From Thelocarpon superellum (taxonomy: Eukaryota), in NCBI GenBank assembly GCA_026025795.1, contig JAPEUG010000069.1:1-57583 (forward strand): a DNA stretch of 57,583 nucleotides, in the 5' to 3' direction. Numbering within the stretch: position 1 is the first letter of the stretch; the number at the start of each line of letters is the position of its first letter. Below, one piece after another: positions 37,113 through 48,278 of this stretch. A program made the position numbers and the translations under genes. The notes beneath the pieces are model-generated. The model worked only from the letters and a program-made list of their open reading frames with translations. It searched no databases and was not told the origin of the DNA.

Positions 37113-38811
37113 GGCCGAGGGTGGGCGGGTGACGGTCACGGAGCGGTGAGCATGGTCGCACGCTCAGTCGAGTGGATCGGATGGCAGGATGCAATGATTC
37201 TGAAATATTCTCGATGGTAGGGTCGCATGCGCTGGCCGGTGCGGCTGTTCGAGCGTTGGCCTAGGACAAATATGAAGTACGGAGCAGGGAGCGTGATCAT
37301 CGCAGCCTCCGACACACCACAAATAGACTCCAGAACGTGGGTGTCTTCCGACTGCGACCGCTCCAACTCCGGTGCACGGTCGCTGGCGCAGGCGCGGGGG
37401 CTCACATCGGCCTTTGTCGCCAAGTCCCGGCCAAGTCGCGGCTGATTGGCGTGGGCGAATCGGATGTTACCCTTTACCATTCCTCGCACCCACGCCTACT
37501 AACATTATGTTACCATTTCCAAGAGCCCATCCGTCCTGGCGAGTGCGCGCACCGCGGGTCGGTTAGTGTCAGGTCGCCACATACTGCTGCCGCGGGCACC
37601 TCTCCCCGTCGTTCGTGTGCGTTTCATCTACCACGGAAACGGAAAGAGGAGGTGGTGAGACGGCGAAGAAGCATCAAGCACCTAATGCCCCTCACCCAGC
37701 CGGAGGCCACGACGGAACCGTGGCTGTGTCAGCTTGTCCCTGTCGAAATCGCCAACATCTTCCCCGAACCGCTCGCGTCCACATGGATGTGCGGAGAGAT
37801 CGACCCCCTAGTCTCCGCGTTGGCTCCAGGACTCCGCAGGCTTCCTGTAGAATGGCTGGCCCAGGTTGAGATCACACTGCACGCCGCACGGTAATCTCGG
37901 TGCCGGGAAAAGAGATCAGGTGTTGTGCTGTCGCTGCGGCGAAGGGAGGGAAGGTTTTTTATCTTCTCCCGACCTACAAGTATAGACTTGACGCTGGTTT
38001 CGCCGTGGTGGACGAGCGAAGCCAGAGAAGCAAGGGACGTTTGGTCTTCACCCATCCCTCATCAACGGATCGGAACGTTACGTGAGACCATAGCCCTACA
38101 AACTGGAATACAATCTATTGTGTGGAGATTCGGATCGCTTTGTGGTGCACAAACCCTCGTCACGCTTTAACTAATAGCCACTGTGTGAGGCCGGAAGAAG
38201 TACGGTGATAAGTTAAGGATGGGCGACACTTTGCTCGTCTCGTGTTAAACTACCAGCACAAGGTACGGCTTCACTTGTAGACCGCCAACCGAAGCTCTGG
38301 CCTGCCCGCGGCCAACACGAACCCGACCGACCCTGCTTGTACCACACTCGCCTGCGATACCGCTGATCATCTTTGAAATCTTAAAATTTGCGATCAGTGT
38401 CTCGTTAGAGATAGAGATTGCATACGCAGAATTAAATCCAATTCGCCTGATGTCTGGTGGCGTAGGAGGGGCCCAAGAGAGGTGAATGCATTCCCACGTG
38501 CCGGACTCTGCACTGGAACACGGATCAGAGCGAGTGGGAGCCTGGGACAAGTCGAGGCTCTGAAGATCATTGGAGGGTTGAGTCACGCGATGTAGGAAGT
38601 TTTGATGTCGGGCCCGTGGCCGACGGAGACATGGATTTCATTCTGGGCCGCCGCAATGTTTGGGTCCGGCTCATCTCCGATTCGGCTCACCTGCTGTCCT
38701 CGAGAAAGCTCTCCGCGACACACCTGCGACTGTCAACGCCGTCGACCAAACAAACGTATTTTTCGGTCTTCATATTACCATCTCCCATACATTCAGCCCT
38801 TACAGCCCAGA

Positions 38812-39472
38812 ATGTCGAACGAAAAGAGAGAGAAGCTGGAAGGTTTGTGGTCCTGGCTCTGCTAGAGTTCCTGCGGGCAACAGGATGAGGCTAAGAGGCG
38901 GCCAATACAGCCCAGATCAAGTCGGCAGACATGGTAGGCTCTGATGAACGTCACGTCAAGACTAGCGGTGCTGACATGAGTGTAGTCGGAGGACATGCAA
39001 CAGGAGGCCGTCGAAGTCGGTCCGTGTGCCACCGCCGACAAGTGTTCTCCAGACGCGTCAGGCTAACTGTCTTACGTCCGCGCAGCGACGGACGCCATGG
39101 TCAAGTTCCACATCGAAAAGGCTGGTGCCACCTGCACGACCGCCCCCTCGCCCGAGAGTTCATTACACTGACGGATCTCTTTGTAACAGGACATTGCCCA
39201 GTACATCAAGAAGGAGGTAGGCGTCTGATCAGTCCGGCCCCTCGGTCCATCTCTGTGCTCAACGCCGTATAGTTCGACCAACGCAAGGGAGCAACTTGGC
39301 ACTGCATCGTCGGGCGAAACTTTGGGAGTTTCGTGACGCATGGTACGCAACACTCCGTGGAAAGGGAATCTAATGTGGACGTGCTGACGTGTTGGTGCAC
39401 CTTGTAGAAACCAAGCACTTCATCTACTTCTACCTCGGCCACAATGCGATTCTGCTCTTCAAAACGCAGTAG
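38812..39472 (+). CDS. DYN2: Dynein light chain LC8, 94 aa, 7 exons (38812-38842, 38911-38933, 38986-39019, 39086-39120, 39190-39216, 39273-39342, 39408-39472)
   Basis: Manual splicing gives [94 protein letters not shown], the canonical LC8/NudG sequence. Absent from the ORF track. Confidence 0.96.
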
Positions 39473-39954
39473 GGCCGTGGAGGAATGGCGGCGACCTGAG
39501 CTCAATGTACAGCCGAGATTTCATATACCTCGTTGGCACGGCCGGGCGATATTGGGTTGTCTAATGAAGCGTGCAGCGCTGCGTACGAGCTGTCGATATG
39601 AATCAAGCCAGGCTGATTTGCGCTCGTCAACGGCGGGACATGGGTGTGACCGCCGATGGTCGTGGGTCTAACACAGATCACTTGTACAGCGTAACCGTAA
39701 TCAGATACTGCGTTGCGGGCGACTATGGGTATCAGTGCCTGTCCTGGAGGCTTGTGCTCGGCGATGGAGCGGTAGTTTGATCCTACGAGACCAAGATGCT
39801 CCATGAACTCAGCCACACTCGGCACTCAGAGACACGGGAGGTCAACATCGGCGCTATCCACGCTCCGTGCCACGCTCCGTGCACATTGCTCAACACCATC
39901 CAGGTTCCCTTCCACCTGCCATGAGAGGGCCGAAGACGTCTCACCTCAACGATC

Positions 39955-40859
39955 ATGTGTATCTTCTTTACAGTGGGAGCTCATGGTGAGTCGTGGATGT
40001 TACGATCTTGCACCCACGCTCGAAGTCACGACTACGCAAGTATGCCAAGGAGGGTCACGGAGCTGACGCGCGTCCGGTCCAGATTTCGTGTCGCCGCTGA
40101 AAGGTTACGAGGGAGTCACAGTGAGGCCGCTCTGGAGAGCCTTCAGCTACAATGACGGGCACTGATATGCCCGCCGCAGGCACAATGTAGGAACTGTGGA
40201 AACTATTCTGGTGAGCCCCTTGACCCGACACCGTCTCCGCGGCTCGATGCTGATAGTGTGTTGATTAGCGCACGTCGTACGACGATGGTAGGAGCGAGCT
40301 TCTTTCTGATTCTGCCGATCCGTCTCTGACACGAAATGACCTGCCTAGGCCGTGGTTCACCTTCTGCTTCGTCGTACGTCACCCTTATCCCATCTCTCGT
40401 TCCTGTTGAAGTCCCTAGCTAAGAGTCCCTCTGCAGCCCATCTTGCCACTCTCTCTTCATCCCTACGGAGTAAGTGAAGCTTGTTCGCCCCCCTGCCTAC
40501 CGCCGCATTTCCCCACCATCTGCAGATCCGTCTCTCCTCGTCATACGTGCTAAGACACAGCTCGTAGGAGGTGACATGCCAGATCTGTCGGTTCGAGCAA
40601 GACATCAGGTATGGCTCTTGTGCGCCGTTCCTGCCTCTCTTCCCTGGTATCCGGCGTTCCATCGTAGCCACCAGCGCTGACATGCCTGCCTTTCCGCAGC
40701 ACCCGGCCCGACATCCAAGCACAAGCGCCGAACGCACCGAACGAGCTCACGCCGCAGGGCTTCGGTGGCGGCGCCGACGCCGGATCTCTCCCACCACCCG
40801 GACGGGGCCCTCCTGCTGCTACCGCTCCGGCTCCTAGTCCTAGCATGCAGTATAAGTGA
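39955..40859 (+). CDS. Small zinc-ribbon protein (zinc_ribbon_15-like), 125 aa, 8 exons (39955-39985, 40083-40120, 40180-40210, 40269-40287, 40349-40373, 40437-40469, 40568-40608, 40700-40859)
   Basis: Seven GT-AG introns with branch sites splice to MCIFFTVGAHDFVSPLKGYEGVTAQCRNCGNYSAHVVRRWPWFTFCFVPILPLSLHPYGEVTCQICRFEQDISTRPDIQAQ...MQYK. Two CxxC pairs flank a WFTxCFVPxxP hydrophobic loop; Pro/Gly-rich tail. Confidence 0.85.
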
Positions 40860-41280
40860 GCGGGAGCGGATGTCTGCGAGACGCGACGCAGATGATATGG
40901 ATGACCAACTTTATTGTTCCATATGATTTTGGCCCACGGAACGGGACAAGCACACGGGCGAGGAACGTGGAACGTCTTGATATTGTGCGAGCGTGCGTGC
41001 ACGCTGCCATGGTACACTTCTAATTCGTTTCATGGGCTGGCGTCACTGTCATTGTATGATAGTGTATCTTCTATGGCCAGGGAGCACAACATGCCCTCCT
41101 TGGGCTATCATCATCCGTCCAATGCAACGCTGACGATATGCAAGATGCGCCGAAACGTAAGATGCGAAGAGTAAGCTCCAAACACGCGTGAACGTTCCTC
41201 TCGAGCCCAGCCCAGCCCAGCCTCGCCTCGATCTAGATTGTCAGCGCCCGAACTGCCCGCGTCCAGAGCGACCAGGGTCC

Positions 41281-43222
41281 TCAGGGTTGTTTGACCGGAG
41301 ATAACAAGCGGTAGAAGCCGACCCCAGAGTAAACGACGTACTGAGCGAGGCTCTTGGGACGGGTCGAGAGAATTCCAAAGCGTAGAAAGACCTCGGAGCA
41401 CGTCACGGCGATGGAGATGACGATGAGAATGATGATGATCCAAGTGATGCCTGCCATGTGATTCCCGATTAGTCGGGTTGGGCTCATAGTAGGAAGGATG
41501 AATATAGGAGGAGGGACGTACGAGACATCTTCTGGTCTGCAATCGAATCGGAGAGAATCTCGGTGAGATCAAGGAATACCCGACATCGCTCATTCAGCAC
41601 TTGAATTCGCGACTTGATTTCCAGATATTCTTGGGCGATCGTCAGCATGTTTGCATATGGCGGAACCGTTCGTCTGGAGGAGCCAGATCATCCTCACCTC
41701 GGACCGCAAAATAGAGCGGGTGAAGCGTTGGTTCCGACTCCCAGAAGAAGTTTGGTACGTCAAGCATATTACTGGCTGCGTGGCTGTCAGCGGGAGCCCG
41801 ACCGCGTCCTTAGACCGAGATGATACTCACAGAGGTTGACGTCGACCCGACTCATAAAGAGCCGGCCGAGGATGCGTACCAGATCTTCCCGCTGCATGCC
41901 TAGCCGGCCGGTGAGAGCCAGCTTGCGGGGGATGTTCTTTGCCTCGGCCATGTTGTGCGCCATTCGCTCCTCGAAGAAGGAGAGCTTCGTACTCTGGGCG
42001 ATGGCGTGCGACATGGCCAACTTGATCATGTGGTCGCCCGACCGTAGCGTGATCATGTCGTTGAAGACGCGCGGATGCGAGATATCGGGGGTGTATTCAA
42101 AGTGAAATTCCTCCGTCTCAAAGTCCATCTCCTGCTGGGGCCGCGATACCAGTGACACCCCAGTCTCCGTCTGCGAGAAGGTCAAGTCGGCCAACAGATC
42201 CTTCTCCTGCTTCTCCGTGAAGTTCCAGAAGACCACGACGCCATAGGAAAAGACGAACATCTCGGCAAAGTTGAGAAGGCTCGGAGCCATCCGAACGGGA
42301 GATTCGGGCCGTGGCCGCGGTGGCTCATCAGCATCGCCCTGGCCGGATCGGCCTCGCTCTCGTGCGGCACTCTCGCTGTCATTCTCGTTGCCGCGAACGC
42401 CAAACTCTTCGGAGTCACCAAAATAGCCCTCATGGTAGTCGCGCTGTTCGCTGCGTTCAATCTCTTCATCGAGGACCGCTTTACCCCCCGGGCTCTTGAG
42501 GACGGGACTACTGCGGATGCGATAGCCGGTCCATCCGGGGAGCAGGGGCAGATGGTAGACAGTGTATAGGCAATCGTCGTAGAGCTTGGTCTTGGCCCCG
42601 TGCTTGGCTTTGACGAAGGATGCCGTGGCCTTCATCTTGTAGGCCTCGGCAGTACAGTAGGCCGTAACCCGGGCGAGCTTTTCTGCCCGCCGGGCTTTAG
42701 GCAACCGCTCGGCGTAGGATTTGCCCGCTCGAAGTGTTTTGGGACTTCGGAGCGCCTCCTCGTCGTCCTTGATCGGGGCGATCTCGTTACCCTCATGAAA
42801 ATCGTCCTTGCCTTCGTCTTCCGCCTCCTCAATGGTCTCGGGGAGGAGGACGAGCTTCTCGGATAGCTTGGTCGTGCGCGCCGGCATATGCTGCGGAGCC
42901 AGACGGGCGACCAGCCGAGGATCTGCAGGACGAGGCTGGCTCATCAGCGGTCGTCGTCCGGGCGGGCCCCGCTGCTGCCCCGAGGGAATCTCGCTGGCGT
43001 ATTGAAGCACATTGTCGACGCTGATGAACCTGGTCGGTGTTCGGCGGTCGGCAGATTGTCGACGACGTCCTGATTGCCGAGCCTCATGTTCCCGTGAATC
43101 TGTCACCTGCAATGCTCACCACTATTAGATCCTTTTGGACTTTCACGTCGCCCCACTCTCGTTGGATCCCTCACCAAGACAGTTGGTCCCTTCTTATTGG
43201 CTGGCGTCAGTGGAAGCGGCAT
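41281..43222 (-). CDS. RMD8: DUF155-domain RMD1/RMD8-family protein (RMD8-like); introns 43107-43174, 41776-41830, 41630-41697, 41451-41521
   Basis: Motifs RVTAYCTAEAY, EMFVFSYGVVVFWNF, NDMITLRSGDHMIKLAMSHAIAQSTKLSFFE, spliced NL|SSNMLDVPNFFWESEPTLHPLY and R|EYLEIKSRIQVLNER; C-terminal TM ITWIIIILIVISI. Confidence 0.88.
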
Positions 43223-43506
43223 GATGTCAGAATGAGAAACGAATGGCAGCTATATGTGCCCAGTAGGACGCCGTCCCGACCGACTACAGTGCACATCGGC
43301 TCCTGAGGGCTTGGACGCGGTAGCTGTTGGCGATGTCCTGACCGATGGCATTATGATAGTGGTGAGCAGCTCAAGCAGCGGGACTTGCCCGAACTGGACG
43401 AATTACACTCGGGGCTTTTGTCGCATGCCGTGCTTTGCTGGCCCAGGACAATCCACACCCTTAAATTCTCCCGAGGTGCGTCACCGCAGGCCTCTCTCTT
43501 TCTTTC

Positions 43507-43956
43507 AAGCGTCGTCCCCACCAATGCTGCGTTTCTTTGCCACAAACAGACAGTGGCTCACTGTCAAGTCCCTCGGGTACTGCTGTACTTGTATGACCAT
43601 CCCCGCAAATGAGAAATTCGGAGCAATCTTCAACTCATCATACCGCGTCCTCGTCCCGCGAGGGTCGTGGACGTCGGTCTGCTCGTGAGGGCCTGGCGTG
43701 ACTTCACGTCTGCAGTTGGCATCAGAAAAGCAGGGCTGCCGCGAAGCTCATCGCTACTCTCTCGGGACGCGCGATGACTTCGGGCATACCCCTATGGAAG
43801 GGCCGCTGCGAAGATTGTGCGTGCCGCTGGCTACGGCCATGTGGGCATGGCACTTTAGTGCAATACGCAGCGTATCCGCCTCCCCACCGCCTGCCTTGGC
43901 CGACGGCGAGGGAGCGATATCATTCGATTCCGATTATTCTGGTGGGGACGACGCTT
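43507..43956 (+). ncRNA. RPR1: Nuclear RNase P RNA
   Basis: Perfect 17-bp P1 (AAGCGTCGTCCCCACCA 43507-43523 / TGGTGGGGACGACGCTT 43940-43956). P2 ATGCTGCGT/ACGCAGCGT. CR-I GAGAAATTCGGAG (43611), CR-II ATCAGAAAA (43721), CR-III ATGGAA (43794), CR-IV AGTGCAAT (43857), CR-V TTCGATTCCGATTA (43923). P4 pairing AAUUCGGA/UCCGAUU; P10/11 TGCAGTTGGC/GCCGCTGC. Confidence 0.93.
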
Positions 43957-43964
43957 CACCACCC

Positions 43965-43972
43965 TTTTTTTT
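43965..43972 (+). terminator. Pol III-type T8 terminator of the RNase P RNA gene
   Basis: Run of 8 T starting 9 nt after the end of the P1 3' strand. Confidence 0.7.
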
Positions 43973-44098
43973 GGTGAGTCTGCCCACTCCATGCCTTCTC
44001 GGGAGGATGCTAAGAAGGGTGAATGGATACTGCTAATCGTAACATTGCCCTCGATGAACACTTCCTGTTAAGGCCCATCGCCCAGGCCTCCGTAATCC

Positions 44099-44650
44099 TC
44101 ACAGTTCTTTGGCGGGGCCGCCGGAGTTAGAGCCCGCGGCGACGCTTGGCGGAGCCGCCCCGCCGTACGCGGCGAACTTCTTCAGGTCTTCCATCCTCAC
44201 ACTGTCCAATGCTTTTTGGTGTGTGGCGTGTAAGAAAACCCTGGGCCGGTCAGCGCGTGTGATCGTTGCAATGCACTGGAGTGCCAGGGACAATGACGCA
44301 CTTGGGCACGATGGGATCGTCGTCACTCTTTCGGGCCATGAACGCCTCCTTCCACCGTCCTGCACACAGACACCACTTGCACCCGCCCGTCAAGCCAATG
44401 GTGCGCAGATCGTTTCCGCGCGAGGCGCTGAAGGCAAGGAACTCATCCGTAACCTCAGCTAGATGGTCCCCTCTGGCGTCAGTGCCATTTCCCGGGAGGT
44501 TAAGCCGCTCGGGAAAGCTGCACCTGCTACGGCATGATTTCCTCCATCTTCAGGCCCCACATCGCAATAACCGTTCCGGTAGAATCCCGTCATGGGACTG
44601 GTCGAGAAGAGGCCAAGCGGTTTGTTGAGCACTGGCGGCAATGCCGTCAT
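44099..44650 (-). CDS. DUF2237-family protein; introns 44459-44523 and 44241-44301
   Basis: Spliced PMTGFYRNGYCDVGPEDGGNHAVA|AEVTDEFLAFSASRGNDLRTIGLTGGCKWCLCAGRWKEA...VPK|VFLHATHQKAL, matching the family pattern (TGFYRxGxC, H, WCLCAxRW, LxATH). Confidence 0.85.
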
Positions 44651-46165
44651 GTCAATTGCGGCACGGTGGTCGGGACGAAGCACGAATGGTGCTGCTTACC
44701 ACTGAGGCTGGTGGCCGAAGATCTCGAAGCCATGATGGAAATGGCAAGCAGTAGGAGAGACCCAAATGGAATGAAGTATCGGCAGATGCACATGTGTAAG
44801 CGGAGATGCATAGGAAGCCGGACGACTGCGGCAACCCGCTCAACAGCGATGTCACCGCTCGCGTGTGGGTGTGGTCCTCAGTATCTACCTTGGTACAGCA
44901 CGTCCGGCAGCGGCCAAAGCGCCTTAGTTAAGCAGATACCAGTCGACCGGCTCGCCCGCTCATCATGACGCAATGCCCGAGGGTCGATGGATGAGCAATG
45001 CTCTACGCTTGTAGCAGTCCTGTAGGTAAGTGATCGAAATGCTCCGTGCTCCGCGCTCCGCAAACGACTAGTCGAGGCATTGTTAGGGACAAGAGGTGGG
45101 CGAACACCATGGCCGACCACGCTCACCTCCAGTACGTTCTTATCAACCCGGCGGATCAAGGGTCGTCTAAAAGCCTTTGCATAGGTGAAGAGTATGCCCT
45201 TGGTCACAGTGGTTACAGGTCCCTTTTCCGTACCGCTTGCGGCTTGTACGTGGCTATGTAAGAGATTTCAGGCGGCTGGGTCAAGTTACGATTTTCGCCC
45301 ACTTTTGTCGTGTCACGAAACGGTGAGAATATCTGCCTACGCCGTGCGTATACTTAAGACCTGCTCCGTAGGAACGTGCTTGCACCGCGTGGTAGATTTT
45401 CCACAGACACTCTTCTCCAACGCCGTGCCGCCCTCGCAGACGGCGACATTGGGGCCCGTGCGGCAGACTTGATTGTGCCAGACATTTTGCTATCGTAGGT
45501 TTGATGAGGCCACACCTCCTTCCCTTCTCATAGCTAGCACCGGCTGAGCCTGAATCGCGACCACGCCTTTCATCGAGCCTTTTCGTACGTTGATGTCTCG
45601 CCACTACCGCATGGTTTGGAGGGAATGTCAGAAATCGCTCTGCCTGGCATCGGCATATCTCATCCGGCATAGTTCGATATAGGTACCATGCACTAGGATG
45701 AAAGAAATGCCATGTTGCCGGGCAACGTTCCGGCATCACGCGCGGTCGGCAAATCTTTCAGCCCTTGAATCCATCGGTGGACCCTCACCCCCCCGGACTT
45801 GCTGCGATGCACAGACCTTTGAGCTGTCCATGGCCTGACGCTGCCTTCCCCGCATTATTTCCAGGCACGCGGGCCCAAGATAACTCTCAATCCTGTGCTT
45901 CCCATCGGCTTGCGTAGATATCACGCATCGATGGCATTGATTCTCTTCGGCCGAGGATCGGTGCGATCAAGGTCAGGTGAGCTGGCCCGCAATGAGCATA
46001 AAGAACCCGATCCCAACGCTGCATTGCTGGCCTGGCCTCCGACGCCGCCAATGTATATCAGGCAACCGACTCTCTTGGCTCGCCACTTGATCACTCTACT
46101 TCCTGTGTTCCTTTCTAGAGAGTTGTCGGATTCTCTCAACGAGCTTCCACTGGTCCGGGCCGTGC

Positions 46166-47253
46166 ATGCTGGACCAGATGTGGAGTCCTTGTCGGACAAC
46201 CGCAGCTCTGCTCGTCTGGCTTTGCACCCTCTCGCGTGCCTCCAACATTCTGACGGCGCGGACCGGTCTCGCACGCGACTACGACGCTACTGACGATCTT
46301 GGGTTCGGAGACCTCCCCAACGCTCTCGATTTGGTACGTGTTCGGCGCAGGAACTCTCGGTGAATGACGCGATTAAGCTTTGGGCTGACACGTTGACGTC
46401 CGGGATGGAACAGATCTCCTGTACGGGGCCGCTACCAAGAGAAGGCTATCCAACGGAGTTCAGCGAAGAGGACTTCCAAGACCTCACACAGCTATGCGCA
46501 AAATGGAATGTGGGCTGCGAATGTGACCCCACTACCAAGACAGTGAAATGCCCCTCGGAAGAGGATCTCACGGGTCTCAATAATTTGGACCTTAGGAATT
46601 ATTGCCTCTCCAACACAGCGAACTGTGTGTGTCACAACGAGGACGAGGACGAGGACGAGCCAATGACGGTCCAACCAGTCAAGCACAGCTCACTCTTCCA
46701 CCACCCCCAACGCTTCGGGCCAAATGGCAAGCACTGGCAATTCGATGGCGGGGCAAGCGGCGAGGAGCAGCAACAGTGCCAGAGTAGTACGTGCTGGGAT
46801 CGAGATTCCTGCGGCGGTAATCATTGCGGCTGCGGTGCTCAAGGGATCGCGGCCATCGATAGCGGGACTCTGTTCCGCGCCTCGTGTCAGATGCTCACGG
46901 TCGTTGCTGCCGGTCTTGTGGCTCAATCGAAGGGTCACTCTCGGGGGCTGTCAGGGCTCGATAACGGCGTCGAAGGAAATACGACCCTTATGAACGGTAC
47001 CCTGCGCGACTCTGAACCCTCCCTGAACAACACTTTGCCCCCGGATCTGGCATGCCCCTGCAACTGTACCTACGTTTCCGTCGGATGCTGCAACGCGACC
47101 CTCAACCATGATGGCATTGTTTACGAGGCACCGTCGAAGAAGCTCGGCGTGCTTGAGCCCGACTCGGGTATGTGCTGCAACACCTCGTCCGGCGCGCTTC
47201 AGTCCGGTAACGCCAGTCTCACAAATGGCCGCGATTGCCTACCGGCTGACTAG
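46166..47253 (+). CDS. Putative secreted cysteine-rich glycoprotein, about 335 aa; intron 46334-46413
   Basis: Signal-peptide-like TTAALLVWLCTLSRA. A GTACGT...GCTGAC...CAG intron joins ORFs 46166-46363 and 46360-47253 in frame. Exon 2 has 22 Cys and several N-x-S/T sites; C-terminal CPCNCTYVSVGCC motif. Confidence 0.75.
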
Positions 47254-47918
47254 GGCGTGGTTGTGAGGGGAGACCTTGAGCATGGGCTGTAAGCGAAAGT
47301 CGGATTTCACGTGCTTCTCGTGTGAGGATATAACGTGCATCAGCATGAAAATCCATCCGCTTGCGAGTCACTGGTTCAGAGGTTAGCTCGTCGTACGAGG
47401 AGCCTTATCTCATGTCAACGACCACCTTGAAAGAGCACATGTCCTCCTGTAGTTGCACTTTTAGGAACACCATTGGTGCTGGCTTCTTGAGACGCTGATG
47501 CGGTTCATGTTTTCTTCATCTTCGTCCTCGTCCATTATCAAGGGTCCAGCGACGGAACGTTTAGGGTTCAGGCTACTAGCCCCGAGCGACGACCTGATAC
47601 CCGTCCGCCAAACATGCCCTTTCGGGAATGGCTCTGCCCCTCCCTCCACGATGGATGCGGCATAAAGCAATCAATTGCCGCGCCTTTTGTCCTCACGTAC
47701 GACTATGCGATACCGTGCTTATATCGTCCTATGTCACGATGTCGATGCTATCGCCACGCCAACTGCTTTGCTCCACGGATCCGTTGTTTCAATCATTCTG
47801 TCCCATTGACTAGATTGACTAGCGATTGAGCTCCCATTGATCTGCCCATCTATTGTCCAAGGTGAATACCACCATACGTCTGCGCCCCCGCAAGAACCGC
47901 CCCACTAGCTCAGGCACC

Positions 47919-48278
47919 ATGGCGGCCCTGTCTGCTCCCCTCCGCAGGATTCTGTACCGTACGTACAGCTTCATTGGCGGTCCTGTCTTTCATCGTCGCC
48001 CTCATCCGCGTCCCACACGATGCACCTGGCATCATCTGCACCACAGCTGCTACTAGTGGACCCATGGAACTGACGTATCTCGCTGGGGTCCAGCTCTACT
48101 CCTCACGCTGCTCCTCCTCTCCCCTCTCCTCGCCATGGCATCTCCAATCCCGGATCCAGTTCCGCTTCCGCGTCCGTTGCCAGGCCCAGACCCGGCCCCA
48201 ATGATCGAGATAGTGAACCCTGAAGAAGAGTCCAAATCTTCGTCGAGGAAGCCGGCGAACAACCAGATGGACTACTAG
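47919..48278 (+). CDS. Small secreted prepropeptide, 74 aa: signal peptide + (X-Pro)10 pro-region + 25-aa putative mature peptide; intron 47959-48093
   Basis: CACCATGG start context. GTACGT donor, ACTGAC branch (48069), CAG acceptor. Translation MAALSAPLRRILYPLLLTLLLLSPLLAMA|SPIPDPVPLPRPLPGPDPAP|MIEIVNPEEESKSSSRKPANNQMDY*. Confidence 0.7.

Noticed and set aside
38214..38570. Possible spliced - strand ORF (GTATGC...CTGAT...AAG intron) divergent from LC8
   Set aside because: The roughly 100-aa product has no recognisable features; unsupported without RNA data.
43254..44036. Several 60-144 aa ORFs
   Set aside because: They overlap the RNase P RNA gene and its upstream region.
44998..45261. Intron-like signals (GTAAGT...TTAG; GTACGT...ATAG) on the + strand
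   Set aside because: Branch sites are weak and the spliced products are short and featureless.
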